From positions 73,734,096-73,798,095 of the forward strand of contig NC_083419.1 in the NCBI RefSeq assembly GCF_020745735.1: a stretch of 64,000 bases of DNA. The letters run 5' to 3'. Numbering within the stretch: position 1 is the first letter of the stretch; every line of letters starts with the position of its first letter. The translations under genes and the position numbers were made by a program. Below, one piece after another: positions 12,310 to 26,177 of this stretch. The notes below the pieces were generated by a model. The model searched no databases. It was given only the letters and a program-made list of their open reading frames with translations, and was not told the DNA's origin. Origin of the DNA: Hemiscyllium ocellatum (lineage: Eukaryota).

Positions 12310-15300
12310 TTTAGGACATTAGCTTCGACAATGTGGAGTCTGTGTGGGTGGAACTATGAAATACCAAGGGACAAAAACATTAGTGGGTGTCATACACAGA
12401 CCCTCAGACTGCAGTGGTCATGTTGGAATATCAGTAAACAGGAAATTAGCCAAGCATGTGATATGGAGAAATCGGTGATCATGGGTGATTTTAATCTGCA
12501 TCTAAATCGGACAAACCAAATTAGCCACAATGTCTACGAGGGGGAATTCCTGGCCTACATATGGTATGGCTTTCTTAACCAACATGTGGATGAACCAACT
12601 GGAGGTCAGGCCATCTGAGACAGGATACTGTGTAATGAGAAGGGAAGCATTGCCAATCTAGCTGCGTGAGACTCCTTGGAGATGAGTGACCATGACACGA
12701 TACAATTTTTTTATCAAGACGGAGAGTGAGCTAGCTGATTTGGAGACTAGGGTGCTGAATTTTAATAAAGGAAACGATGAAGATATATAAGGCATGAGTG
12801 AGTGTTGATAGATTAATGGAAGTTGCTTAAAGGTGTGACAGTAAATAGGCATTGGCAAATATTCAAGGAAATCATGTGGGAGCTGCAACAACTATTTATT
12901 CCTGTCTGGAACAAAAGCAAAATGGGTAACAGGGTCAATCCATGGCTTATAAAGGAAAATAGATAGTATCCAATTGAAGGAAGAAGCATAGAGATTGGCA
13001 AAGAAAAATAATAGGTCTGATGTTTGAGAGGAGTTTCGAATTCAGCAAAGAAGGACCAAGGGATTGATTAAGATGGGAAAAACACAGTACAAAAGAAAGT
13101 AAGCTTGCAGGGAACATGAAGACTGACGCTACAAGATTCTACAGTATGTGAAGAGAAATAGATTGGTGAAGACAAATGTAGGTCCCTACAGAAGGAAATG
13201 GGGAAATGTATATCAAAGAGCAAAGAAACAGCTTAGCAACTGAATACATACTTTAGTTCTGTCTTCACAAAATATGACAGTTGTACAGGAGGTTGGTGAG
13301 GCTGCAGTTGGGGCATTGTGTTCTGTTTTGGTCACCTTGGTCGTGGAAAGATGTTATTAAACTGGAAAGAGTGCAGAAGAAATTTATCAGGATGTTGTTA
13401 AGACTCAATGATCTGAGTTAAAAGGAGAGGCTGAACAAGCTAGAACTTCTTGTCTCGGCAGCCTAGGAGACTGAGAGGGGATCTTACAAAACTGTACAAA
13501 ATCATGAGAGGCAAGCACCAGTCTTTTTTTCCAGGGTTGGGGAATCAATGATTAGATGGCATTAGTTTAAGGTGAGAGGGGAAAAGTATAAAAGGGAACC
13601 GGAGGGGCAATTTGAATACACAGAGGCTGGCACGTATATACAATGAGCTGCCAGCAGAAATGGTTGAGGTGGGTATGCTAACAACATTTAAAGGCATTTT
13701 GACAAATGCATGGATAGGAAAGGGTTAGAATGATGTGGACCAAATGCATGGAAGTGGGGTTAGCATGGGTGGACATTTTGGTCAGTATGGACCAGTTTGG
13801 GCTAAACGAGTTCTCTGACTCGAAGATACAAATAAAGTACCAGAAATCCTGGAAAACGCAGGATTTAGTGAGAGGGAAGAACTGAGGGAGATCAATATTA
13901 GTAGAGAAATGGTGTTGGGAAATTGAGGGGATTGAACCCGATAAATCTTCAGGGCCTGATAAATCCACATCCCAGAGTACTTAAGGAAATGGTTCTAGAA
14001 ATAGTGGATGCTTTGGTTGTCAGGATTCTTTAGATTTTGGTACAGTCCTTGTAGATTGGAGGGCAGCTACTGCTACTCCAACACTCAGAAAGAGAGATAC
14101 AGAAAAAAAACAGGCAATTATAGACCAGTAAGCTTCAGATCAGCTGTAGGGAAAATTATCAAATCCTTTATCAAGTACTTTATGGCAGAGCATTGAGAAA
14201 GCCGTGGCAAGATCAAACAGAGTCAGCATGGATTTATGGAGGGGAAATCATGCTTGCCAAATCTATTGGAATTCTGTGAAGATGTAACTATCAGAGTTGA
14301 AAAAGGGGCACTGGCCAATATGGTGTATTTCGGCTTTCATAAAGTGTTTGACACTGTCCCACTTAAGACATCACTGTATAGTATTAAAGTGCATAGGATT
14401 TGGGTAGGTGTAGTGAGATTGATAGAAAACTGATCGGCAGAGAGGAAACAGAGTAGAGCTTAAGAGGTCCGTTTCAAATTGGCAGCCAGTAGCTAGTGGG
14501 GTGCCACAGGGACCCAAGCTATTAACAATATATATTAATGTTTTGGATGAAGTAATACAATGTAACATCTCAAGGCTTGCAGATACCAATCTGGGAGGGT
14601 GAACTGTAACGAGGATGCAGCGACCCTATGGGATGATCTGGACAGATGGGGTGAGCGGGCAAATCAATGGCAGATGCATTTACTTTGGATAAATGTCAAG
14701 TCATTGATTTTGGAGACAAAAGAAAGGTGGCGGATTACTGCCTGACTGGCTGTAAATTGGGAGAGGGGAGTGTGCTGCAGGGCCCACATGTCCTTGAGCA
14801 CCAGTCGCTGAAGGTAGTCATGCAGGTGCAGCAGGCAGAAAAGATGGCAAATGCTATATTGGCCTTCATTGTGAGATGTTTCAAGTACAGGAGCAGGGAT
14901 GTGTTGTTACATTTATGCAGAGCCTTGGTGAGGCCGCACCTCAAACACTGTGTGCAGTTTTGGTCCCCTTTTCTGAGGAAGGATGTTCTTGCTTGGATGT
15001 TGGATCTAACATACGAGGACAAATTGACGAGCTTAGGATTGTATTCGTTGGAGTTTAAACGAATGGGAGGGGATCTCATTCTAACAGGATGAGACAGGGT
15101 AGATATAGGAAGGATGCACTTGATGGTGGGTGTGTCTAGAATCAGGGGACGCAGACTGAAGATTTGAGTTGGATCATTTAGGACAGAGACGAGGGAAACA
15201 TTTCTTCACCCAAAGAGTGATAAGACTGTGGAATTTATTATCACCGAAATTAGTTGATGCCAAAACATTGAATGTATTGAAGATGTGGCTCAATATAGCA

Positions 15301-15430
15301 TTTAAGGCAAATGACTTCAAAGGGGAGTGAGCAGGATGAGGTTATTGAGTTGGACCATGAGCCAAGATCATGATAATGGCAGAGCAGGCTCAAATGGCTG
15401 AATGGCCTCGTCCTGCTCCTATCTTCCATG
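12310..15430 (+). mobile_element. Stacked CR1-type LINE ORF2 fragments
   Basis: VIMGDFN (APE), GNYRPVS, GKSCLPNLLEF, VRPHLKHCVQFWSP motifs; two separate 3' ends near 13810 and 15430. Confidence 0.8.
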
Positions 15431-15639
15431 TTTAAGAGGATATTGCCCTGAGAAAACCATGGATATTATTATTACTTTCCCATTTACCTCAAAATATCAC
15501 TCATAACCCCACCTGAAAAATAATGTGGAGACATTACCTCTCAAATTTCAATGACACATTGCCTCCCAAGAGTCAATATGTGATGATTGAAATACAGCTT
15601 TGCTCATTCTTAACACAAGATGTCATTTTGTTCTGTGAT

Positions 15640-15865
15640 TGTTTGTGTGTATGTCTGTGTGTGGAGCTGTGTGTCTGTGTGTGTTTGTCTGTGTATGTAT
15701 GTGTCTGCATTTGTGTGGTTGTATGTGTGTATGAGGGTCTGTGTGTGGGGTGTGTGCATATCTGTGTCTGTGTGTGTGTGTCTCTGTGTGGGAGGGTGTC
15801 TGTGTTTGTGTGCGTGTGTGTATGTGTGCATGTACATTTCTGTGTCTGTGGCCATGTGAAGCACA
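15640..15865. repeat. Imperfect (TG)n-rich microsatellite
   Basis: Alternating TG/TC dinucleotide run. Confidence 0.9.
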
Positions 15866-16564
15866 TGATATTTCCTTGAAACTACTTTCTTTGTCAGAGG
15901 CCACCAGCATGCTTCAGTTGCTGGAAGGTGCTCTAATGTATTTCAGATTGCTTGCCTCCATGCAAAGTAACTTTATTGCTTGAGGAAAAGACTTAAGAGA
16001 CAGCTTCTATCATCAATTTCACACTAACAACTACAGAGTGTCATTATGAGTTATTGCCTTTAGTTTTAGTGTCTAAGATGATGCTTGGTCACCCTGACAG
16101 ATCATGTCAAACCAATGGAAATCTTCCCATTAATTTCTCTCAGCCAATAGGGACTCTCTCCATGTATAGTCGATGTTGAGGGCTGTCATACCATTCTTCA
16201 GCATTCCTGAAGCGGACCCTTTGGTCCATCACGAGCTGCCTGGCTGTAGGAATCTCACCATGCAGGAAGTAAATTCACAAGTCACATGCTTCCATTCTGT
16301 CGACATGCCCAAGACACACCTGTTGGATGATTTCGGAACTCTCCATTTGAGAGGACACAGAGTTCAATAATTTGTCATGTCGCCTCCAAAATCTCAGCAT
16401 TCCAACTGAGATACCCTCACCCACATTCAATTAAACCCAACAACCCCTGCAAGTCTCCATACAACAGACTTTTCACTCCCCCCTCTGCATGTTCTAGGAC
16501 CACAAAACTCCTTGCAAGTGCATCTGTACCTCTCAGATTACTTCAGACCAGACCAGACAACCGA

Positions 16565-16705
16565 GGGAAAAGGAGAAAGAGAGGACTGCAACGCAGAGTC
16601 ACAAAGTGTGGCGCTGGAAAAGCACAGCGGGTCAGGCAGCATATCCAAGAGGTAGGAGAGTCAACATTTCGGGCATAAGGCTTACATGGAGTGTCCTGTC
16701 CGAAA
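16565..16705 (-). mobile_element. Degraded PLE 3'-end copy
   Basis: aggactgc...gctggaaaagcacagc...ggcagcat...tttcgggcataag; same family as 3402-3492. Confidence 0.7.
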
Positions 16706-16709
16706 CACC

Positions 16710-19700
16710 GACTTTTCGGTCAGAAGTGAAGACTATTGGTGTGACAAGGTTTGCTGTTGGAACTGGGCAATAAAAATCAATAACTTAGTCACCATTCTAA
16801 TAGAGCGCAATAATTCAACATTCTTGTGAATGGATTATCTCATTTTCTAAATAAATACAACAACCATTCACAGTGCTATGTGAATCATGAAAAAATTGGA
16901 AAACATTAACGGATAGATAACAAGGTCATAAAGCCACCAGTTGAAACAGGAGAATAAATCAAATAATTCAGATAAGCAAGTTAAAACAGAATTATCAGAG
17001 ACCATATTTGATTGAATGGCTCAGACAAAACAAGAGCAGGTGGAGAACTAATGAAAGATGAAAAACGGAAACAATTGCATTGAAAAACATACACAGAAGT
17101 AGAATCTGAGTGCATTCCCAAATGTTACTAACTTAAACATAGCGTCTTAATGAGGAAATGGAAACCATCACATATTCAGGCAGATGGGAAAGTGGGAGAA
17201 ATTCATTACCAGGAGCTTATAGAAAGGAGGTGAGGCAGGTAGCACATGAGCTACCTGAGGGTCATTATGGGAGTGAGAAGTACTCCCGCCAAAAATGCAA
17301 AAACATTTTTACTGGGCTGGACTGCATAAAGATGGAGTTGAAAATTGCCAGAAATCTCATACATGTCATGCAACCGGAAAACCTCAAGCAGTAATAAAAC
17401 CAACACCTTTAATACCCATCCCTGCATTGAAGGAACCTTTTACAAGTGTCTTAATTGATTGAGTAGGACACCTACATTAAGCAAAAAAGTGGGAAACAAC
17501 ATTTATTAACAATAATAGATGAGTCCATAAGATTTGCTGAGGCAATTCCATTTGTGCAATACCACTGCTAGAAGGATTGTAAAAGAGTTACCGCAATGTT
17601 TAACTAAACAAAGACTACCCAGAGAGATACGATCTGATCAAGGGTCAAATTTTACATCAAAGGTTTGTATGGAAGGGTAGCTTAGGAATAAAACAATTCA
17701 ATTCTCCTGTTTCCCAACAAGGATGGCATGGAGTGTTAGAAAGGTGGCATCAAACTTCACAGTCCATTAGCAAATTTGGAGAAGACCATATTGAGGGCTT
17801 ATTGTCAAGACAATTAAACCAACTGGATAAAGAAATTCCGTTTTAACATCTTGCCAATAGGGATGTACAAAAAGAATCTGCCTCATTCCGTCCATTTGAA
17901 TGATTGTTGTGGCATGACTGGAAATAAATAAGGAGAAATTAGTGAGTCAGAGTTCAGCTACTACTCACTAAAACTGTGTTTCAAATTTTAGGGAATGATT
18001 AAGTTGTGTGGGGGAGTTGGCTAGATGTCAACTAAAAGTAGCACAGCATGTGATGAAGCAGGAAGCAGACAAGAGATCGAAAATCTGCAATTTTGTGAAC
18101 AGAGATAAAGTGTTAGTGTTACTTCCAGTGAGAGGGGAATCTTCACAAACAAGATTTAGTGGAAGTAAGTTGAGTGAGATGAATTATTTAATAAAGAGTG
18201 CAGATAGAAAGAAATCTCACACAATGACCTGTGAATGTGCACAATGGGTATTTTGGTAATGTGACCAAGTTGTTCCTTTATCAAGGTTAGGTTGTCATTG
18301 TTTTTTTCTCTCCTGGAGGTCATAAAAACACAGGTTCGGAAAAGTCTCATTTTGGAAAGATTTTAGGGCCAATTTGATAATAGCTAAGATATACTGCCTC
18401 AGATTGAAGGTGTTCAAGTTTTAAAAAACACATGTATAATGAAAGGAGAGCGGCCAGTTCTCTCAGCTCAGCTTTCTCTTGTTTGCCTTTTTTTAGCACT
18501 AGTGTGAAGAAAGGCTGCTGGAGCCAAAGAAGCAGCTTTATGCTGGTAAGCTCTCTCAACCGTCTATCTTGTGATAATTATTAGATTAGATTACTTACAA
18601 TGTGGAAACAGTCCCTTCGGCCTGACACGTCCACACCGACCCTCCGAAGAGCAACCCACCCAGATCCATTCCCCTACATTTAGCCTAACCAATGCAGCTA
18701 ACACTACGGGCAATTTAGCATGGCCAATTCACCTAATCTGCACATCTTTGGACTGTCGGAGGAAACCGGAGCACCCGGAGGAAACCCGCGCAGACATGGA
18801 CAGAATATGCAGACTCCACACAGACGTTTGCCCGAGGCAGGAATTGAACCCAGGTCCCTGGCATTTTGAGGCAGCAATGCTAACCAGTGAGCCAACATGC
18901 TGCCCACAGTTGTGTTTGATTTGACCTTTTGCACCAAGGGGTGTTTATAGGAATTTTGTAAATATCTTGGAACAGATAAACTGTCAGGTTTTAAGATGGG
19001 ATAAGTTATTCCGTATTCTGTTTTCTGTTCTTTGTGTTTCATTCAGTAATCTTGTAAATAAGTCCTGTTTGGTTTAAAATGAGTTGTTTTGATCAGCTGA
19101 TTCTCTCCTTGAATATCCACTGTACACCTTCTCAAAACAACTAGCATAATTCGGGTCTGGTCTACCATCTTGAAACGTTTTGAGGGGACTGGCCTGGTCC
19201 ATAACAACTGAGAAGGAAAGTAAAATGAGAATATGTTACTGGATACACACAGAGTGACGAAGTGAGTTCAGAGGACTCTGAATTGGACTTTCCTCATTTT
19301 AAAATGGACAATGAGGACGTTCTCAGAATTTGGTATAAATTATTGAGATACCTTCCCCAGTAAATCAAAATGATCTGAAAGAGTTATTACTATTGCATGG
19401 TGAGATGTGTGCAAATAAGCTGGGAAGTACTAAGTTAATTATGCATGATACAGATATAGGAAATGCTGTTCCAACTAAGCAATGTCCTTATAGATTTAAA
19501 CCAAAAAAGTTGGTATCGGTTCAAAGACAACTTGAATGCATGTTCCAAAATAAAGCATCAAAGTGAGTTACAGTAACTGGAGCTCAGTCATAGTAATGGT
19601 GCCACAACCAGATGATTCTATGCAGATTATTGCAAAGTGAATGCAGTTGCAGAGTCTGATTCATATCCGATTCCTCAATGAGAAGCCTGTATTGAAAAGG

Positions 19701-19815
19701 TAGAACAAGCAACGTATATTTGGAATCGCTCAGAGGATACTGGCAGGTACCTTTATCCGCAGGAGTGAAGACAATTTTGGCTTTTGGCTTTACCAACTTA
19801 AAGTCCTCGAGTGAC
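16710..19815 (+). mobile_element. Decayed Ty3/Gypsy LTR retrotransposon pieces (integrase, LTR-like segment, RT N-part)
   Basis: Integrase-like YRKEVRQVAHELPEGH, EEPFT.VLID, IRSDQGSNFTS, LERWHQT; RT-like HD.D.GNAVP.KQ.PYR and SNWSS.IVMVP near 19440-19620; many stops. Confidence 0.75.
18581..18908 (-). mobile_element. HE1/V-SINE-like SINE, near full length
   Basis: tRNA-like head with A box (tggctcactggttagc) and B box (ggttcaattcc), V core, (TAATC)n tail. Confidence 0.9.
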
Positions 19816-22800
19816 AGAATCATAGAGGTGTACAGTATGGAGTCTGACCCTTCGGTCCAACCCGTCCTTTCCGAACAGATATCCAAACCTAAACTATGAC
19901 CAGCTGCTAGCACGCTGCCTATATCCCTTCAAAATCTTCCTATCATATACCCATCCAGATGCATTTTAAATGTTGCAATTGTACCATCCTCCTCCACTTC
20001 CACTTGCTGCTCACTCCATACACGTATCACCCTCTGTATGAAAACAGTTGCCCCTTAGGTGTCATTTATATCTTTCCCTCTCAGTCTAAACCTATGCCCT
20101 CTAATTCCCCAACCACAGGGAAAAGATGTTGCCTATTTATCCTATCCATGCCCCTCATGATTTTGCAAATCTCTATAAGGTCACCACTCAACCTCCGAAG
20201 CTCCAGGGAAAGGAGCCCCAGCCTGTTCAGCCTCTTCCCTTAGCTCAAATCCTCCAACCCTGGCAACATCCTTGTTAATCTTTTCTGAACCATTTCAAGT
20301 TCCACGACAGCTTTCTGATAGGAAGGAGACCCGAATTGCTCACAATATTCCAACAGTGGCCTAACCAGTGCCCTGTATAGCCACAACATGACCTCCCAAC
20401 TCCTATACTCAATGCTCTGACCAATAAATACAAGCATACTCAATCCTTCTTCACTATCCTGTCTTCCTGAGACTCCACTCCCAAGTAACTATGAACCTGC
20501 ACTCCAAGGTCTCTTTGATCAACAACACTCCCCAGGACCTTACCAGGAACTGCGTAAGTCCAGCCCTGATTTGTCTTTCCAAATGCATCACCTCGCATTT
20601 ATCTGAATTAAACTCTATTACCAACCTTTGGCCCATTGGCCCATCTAGTCAAGATCCTGTTGTACTCTGAGGTAACCTTCTTCACTGTCTACTGTACCAA
20701 AAATGTTGGTATTATCCGCAAATTTGCTACATACGCCTTCTATGTTCACATCCAAATTTTGCATATAAATGATGAAAAGCAGTGTACCCAGCACCGATCC
20801 TTGTGGAACACCACTGGTCACAGACCTCCAGTCTAAAAATCAACTCACCACCACTAACACCCTCTCTCTTCTACCTTCAAGCCAGTTTTGCATCCACATG
20901 GCTAGTTCTCCCTGTATTCCATGAGATCTAACCTTGCTAGCCAGTCTCCCGTGAGGAACCTTGTCGAATGCCTTACTTAGATTCATGTAAATCACGTCCA
21001 TCGCTCTGCCTCACTAATTCTGTTTGTTACTTATTCAATAAACTCAATCAAGTTCATAAGACATGATTTCCACGCACAAAACCATGACGACTATCCCTAA
21101 TCAGTCTTTGCCTTTCCAAATACATGTAAATCTTATCCCTCAGGATTCCCTCCAACTGCAACGTGCCCACCAATGATGTCAGGCTCACTGAGCTATAGTA
21201 CCCTGGCCTGTCCTTACCAACGTTCTTAAAGAGTGGCACCACGTTAGCCAACCTGCTGTCTTCCCACATCTCACCTGTGACTATCGATGATACAAATATC
21301 TCAGTAATAGGCCCAACAATCTCTTCCCTAACTTCCCACAGAGTTCAAGGTACACCATACCAGCTCCTGAGGATTTACCGAACTTTCTGTGTTTTAAGAC
21401 ATCCAGCACCTCCTCCTCTGTAATCTGGGCATTTTTCAAGATGTCACTATATATTTCCCCACATTCTATTTCTTCCATGTCGTTCTCCACAGTAAATTTT
21501 AATGCATCCTTTAATATCTCCCCCATATCATGCAATTCGACACATCGGCAGCCTTGTTGATCCTTGAAGGGCCCTATTGTCTCCCTAGTTATCCCTTTAT
21601 CCTCAACGTAACCCAATTTTCCAAAGTTATCTCATGCCCCTTTTTGCCCTCCTGATTTTCCTCTTACTCCTACTGCCTTTCTACTCAAAGGATTCACTCG
21701 ATCAATTCTGTCTATACCTTTCATATGCTTCCTTCTTTTTCTTGACCAAACCCACAATTATTCTCGTCATCCAGCATTCTTCACACCTACCAGCCTTGCC
21801 TTTCACCCAACAGGAACACACTGTCTCATTATCTCATTTTTGAAAACTTCTTCATTTTCCAGCAATTCCTTAACCTGCAAAAATCTGCACCCAATCACCT
21901 TTTCAAAGTTTTTAACTAATACTGCCAAAATTGTCCTTTATCCAATTTAGAATTTTAACAGTTAGATTCTGTCTATCCTTTTCCATCACCATTTAAAAAA
22001 TTTAGAATTATGGTCCTATGTTGCTAGCCATGCCCTGAGTTAATCTGCCTCCCCTGCTACGCCCCTTGCATTGAAGTAAATGCAGGATGATTTATCAGTC
22101 CTAATTCGTTCTCTGCTTTGTCCCTGCCTGCCCTGACGGTTTGACTTGCTCCTCTTCCCAACTGTAGTAGTCTCAGATTGATCTCTTTCCTCACTATCTC
22201 CCTGGACTCTACAGCGCGCCCCCCCCCACCCCCAACCTTACTACTTTAAATCCTCCCAAGCAGCTGAAGCAATCTCCCTGTCAGTTTATTACTCCCTTCA
22301 AATTCAGGTGCAATCCATCCTTCTTGTATAGATCACTTCTACCCAAGAGTAGCTTCCAATGATCTAAAATTGGAACCCTTCTCCCATATAGCAACTCCTC
22401 AGCTACACATTCATCTTGGACACTGCCCTCCCTCCCCTTCCTGGGCCACTCCATCTCCATCAACAGTGACCAACTCAACACTGACATCTTCTACAAACCC
22501 ACTGGCTCAGACAGCTAAACAAGGACAGAATCCCCCGATCTTCACTTCCACCCCACCAACCTCCAGATACATTGCATTAACCTCTGCCATTTCTGCCACC
22601 TATAAATGGACACCAGAAACAGAGATATATTTCCCTCCAAACCCTTATCTGCCTTCTGTAAAGACTATTCCCTCTGCAATTCCTTTGTCAGGTCCATACC
22701 CCACTAACCCACTCTCCCCTCCCGACACCTTCCACTGACACCACATGAATCGCAGAACCCGTGCCCCCAACTTCTCACTTCCGTCAAATGCCCCAACGAA

Positions 22801-24200
22801 ACCTTCCACATCGATCAGAACTTTCGCTGCACTTCCACACGTGTCATTTATTGAATCCGTTGCTCCTGATGCAGTCTCTACTACATCAGTGATACAGGAC
22901 GCCTACTTGCTGAGTGCTTCAGAGAACATCTCCGGGATGCCCACATCAAACATTTTCCAAACCCTGTGGCTGAAAACCACAACTCTCCCTCCCATTCCAC
23001 CGAGGACATGTAGGTCCTGGGCCTCATCTATCAGGAAACACTAACCACCCAACGCCTGGAGGGAGAATGCCTCACATTCTGCCTTGAGGCACTGCAACCA
23101 CATGCTGTCAATGTGCATTTCACCAGTTCCGTCACTTCTGCTCTCCCTCACCATCCGACACAATCCCAGGCACAACTTTCCAAGTCGGGACCACCCTCAT
23201 GACCTGTCCTACCTGTCCATCTTCCTTCCCACCAATCCACTTCACTCAAACCTCCAACCTTTCACCTTTACCCCAACTCCATCCACCCAATGCTCTCTCA
23301 TCTAACTTTCCTAGGCCCATCCCCCCCTCCCATTTATTCCTCCACACCCTTGGCTCACAGCCTTATTCCTGATGAAGGACCTTTTCCTAAAATGTTGATT
23401 CTCCTGCTGCTCAAATGCTGCCTGACCTGTTTTGCTTTTCCAGCACCACATTCTCGACTCTGATCTCCAACATCTGCAGTCTTCACTTCTTCCCAGACGT
23501 TCATGTGCTGGATCCTCCTATTTCTAGCCTCACTAGCTCACAGCATCGGCTATAATCCAGATATTACTACCCGTCAGGACTTCCATTTAAAATTCCTGCC
23601 TAACTTTCTGTATCCTCGCTTCAGAATGTCATCCTTTTTCCTTCCTGTGTCATTCGTTCCAACGTGCGCAGTGACCTGCTGCTAGTCCCACTGCCCTTTG
23701 AGAATATTCTGCCTTGATCCTGGAAACAAGAAGTCAATACACCATTCTGATTTCTCACTGCTGGCCGCAGAAACATCTGTCTGTGTCTCTGAGTATAGAG
23801 TCCCCTCTCACAATTGATCGCTTGGTACCTAACGTACTCCTTGTTACATTAGAGCCTGTCTCGGTCCTAGAAACCTGGCTGTTCATGCTGCGTTCCCATG
23901 AAGGCAATGACCCCCCCTACATTTTCCAAAATAACATACTTGTTTGAGAGGGGTTTAGCCACAGGAGACTCCTGCACTACCTGCCTCATTCTCCTGCTTT
24001 TCTTGGCTGGAATACATCCACCTGACTGTATCTGCGTTTTTGTTCCCCTTCCTATAAACTACCATCTGTCAGATACCCCTAACTCCTGCAAATTCCTCAG
24101 TGCCTCAAACTGCCGCTCCAACTGATTGAAGTGATGTGATACGGTTCGGAACCAAACACAATTACTGCTGACACAACCATCAGTAATAAGGAAATTATCT
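19816..24200 (-). mobile_element. Near full-length decayed CR1 LINE (ORF1 with SGNH-esterase-like part plus ORF2), interrupted by a PLE
   Basis: 3' UTR at 19816; RT motifs LVRPLLEYCEQF, WEDSRLANVVPLFK; ORF1 GRSDLYKKDGLHLN at 22281-22400; ORF1 N-part 23500-24150; 5' UTR may extend to ~24990. Confidence 0.8.
22418..23493 (+). mobile_element. Penelope-like element, internally deleted (RT C-terminus, GIY-YIG endonuclease, hammerhead-bearing end)
   Basis: LPFLGHSISINSDQLNTDIFYKPT; VIY*IRCS*CSLYYISDTGRLLAECFREH (GIY-YIG-like); degenerate CTGATGA core at 23369-23375 followed by the same tail as the short inserts. Confidence 0.85.
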
Positions 24201-24463
24201 AATCTCAACCAGCCGACGGGAAGAGCACATCTCTCGGCTAAATGCCATCTTTATACCTTAACAATCTACAGAATATAGCACAGTCTTATGCTCTAGAAAC
24301 ACTGATCCAGCCTAACTTACTATCAAAGATTCATATTATTAAATTTTAATCAAAGAACAGATCTCAAAACAATACCAAAAAATAACCCATTGCACTCGCT
24401 ATTAAAAATGACAGCAATATTACACTTAAAAATCAAGAATTTACCTGTTTCTGCGCTCTTCGG

Positions 24464-24770
24464 ATTAGATTACTTACAGTGTGGAAACAGGCCCTTCGGC
24501 CCAACAAGTCCACACCAACTCTCCGAACAGCAACCCACTCAGACCCATTCTTCTACATTTACGCTTCACCTAGCACTGCAGTGAATTTAGCATGGCCAAT
24601 TCACCTAACCAGCACATTTTTGGACTGTGGGATGAAACCGGAGCACCCTGAGGAAACCCAGGCAGACACGGAGAGGATGTGCAAACTCCACACAAGCAGT
24701 TGCCCGAGGCGGGAATTGAACCCTGGTCTCTGGCGGTGTGAGGCAGTAGTGCTAAGCACTGTGCCGCCCA
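24464..24770 (-). mobile_element. HE1/V-SINE-like SINE
   Basis: A/B-box head, V core, (TAATC)n tail. Confidence 0.9.
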
Positions 24771-26177
24771 TTATGTTCCTCCAATGTCAGCTGTGAATTT
24801 CGCTGTTTGTTAATTGTTCTTCAACGCACTCCGAAGTCCGGAAATACTTGAACTCAAACAACAAAGGCATTAACTGTGCCGATTCACGGCTGTGTCAGAC
24901 AGCAGTGTAGGTTTCTTCCTCCCTCTCTGTCTCTCCTTGACAAAATGGTCGCTATCTTTGTTCTCTTCCTCCTTTTTAAAGTACCATTATTTTGATTTAT
25001 TTCTCCCAAACTTCCAAAATAATACAACAGCTTAAGAACAGTAATTACTGCTTGTTGAATTTGAGGAACTCACTTCCAACATCGAAAATACCACAAACGC
25101 CAGCAGGACTTACACCCAAAACTTTTTCCCATCCTCCCTCTTGGATTACCCAAATCCTGATAGCTGTTACTAGATTTCCATGTCAGTCCTTCTCACTCAC
25201 AATAAATTAGTTTTCCCTGTTTCAGTTTGGTTACTTGTCTTCTAATCCTTTTGAGTGCAAGGCAGAAATCTTTTAGCAACATTTCGGTTTTGTTCCGTTC
25301 TATAGCAATAATTCACTATCTTCTTTTTTAAATCCTTTCTACCTCTCTAATGGCTACATTGGTCACCTTCAGTTATGAGGAATATTTGTCCCTATTCTCT
25401 GAGCCCATCTTATTCCAAACTGGTTGAATGTCAGAGAGGTCAGGGAGTCATTCACCCCTAGACTTACACTGCTAAGGAAATCCCACACTTCAGTCAGGTT
25501 TTTTTCTTGTTTCTCACCAGTTATTACTAAAGATACTGAAACTTGACACCCCCAGTCCATTTCGACTTTTAACCAAAATATCAAACCTGTCTCACACAGG
25601 TTAATTAACCTGAGCAGAAGCAAACGCAGTGAACATGGCTTAGGCCTGGATGTAGTTAACAACAAAATCTCATTTCTGTAGTTCCTTTTGAATACATTGG
25701 TTTCTCCGCAGGTGGAATGAGTGAGCAAACCCTTCTTACAGATAAATGGCCTCTCTATCGTGTTAACTCACTGATGTTTGATGTCAGATGATTGACTGAA
25801 CGTTGTCTTGCAGTAATTGCACCTGAAAATTTTCTCTTCACTGTCAACATGTTGATGGAACATCAGTTCCCTGGAATTTTTAAAGCACTTCCCACAGTTT
25901 GGACATTTCAAAGACCTGGTCTCAGTGTGAACTCACTGGCCTCCCATTAGGGCAGAAGAGTGAGCAAATCCCTCCCGAAACACAGTCCAACGAAAAGTTC
26001 TCACACCTATGTGAAATTACCAGTGTTTCTGCACAAAGGATAAGGTACAGAATGCTTTCTCACTCAGCTGGTGTGCAGTGAGTTGAAATGATTGTCTGAA
26101 CTTAATGCCACAGTGAGAACTCCTGAATGACTCTCCTCCGTTCGAATACGTCAATAGCACATCAGTTGCCCACAATT

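Noticed and set aside
15523-15983. ORFs rich in C/V or T/H
   Set aside because: Translations of a (TG)n microsatellite; the same applies at 42766-43038 and to the (CT)n/(GA)n ORFs at 44663-45715
16869-16896. RSS-like CACAGTG plus 12-bp spacer
   Set aside because: The nonamer matches only 5 of 9 and the site lies inside Gypsy pol; no convincing RSS was seen anywhere in the window
18840-18908. tRNA gene-like A/B boxes
   Set aside because: These are SINE heads continuing into the V core; no full cloverleaf
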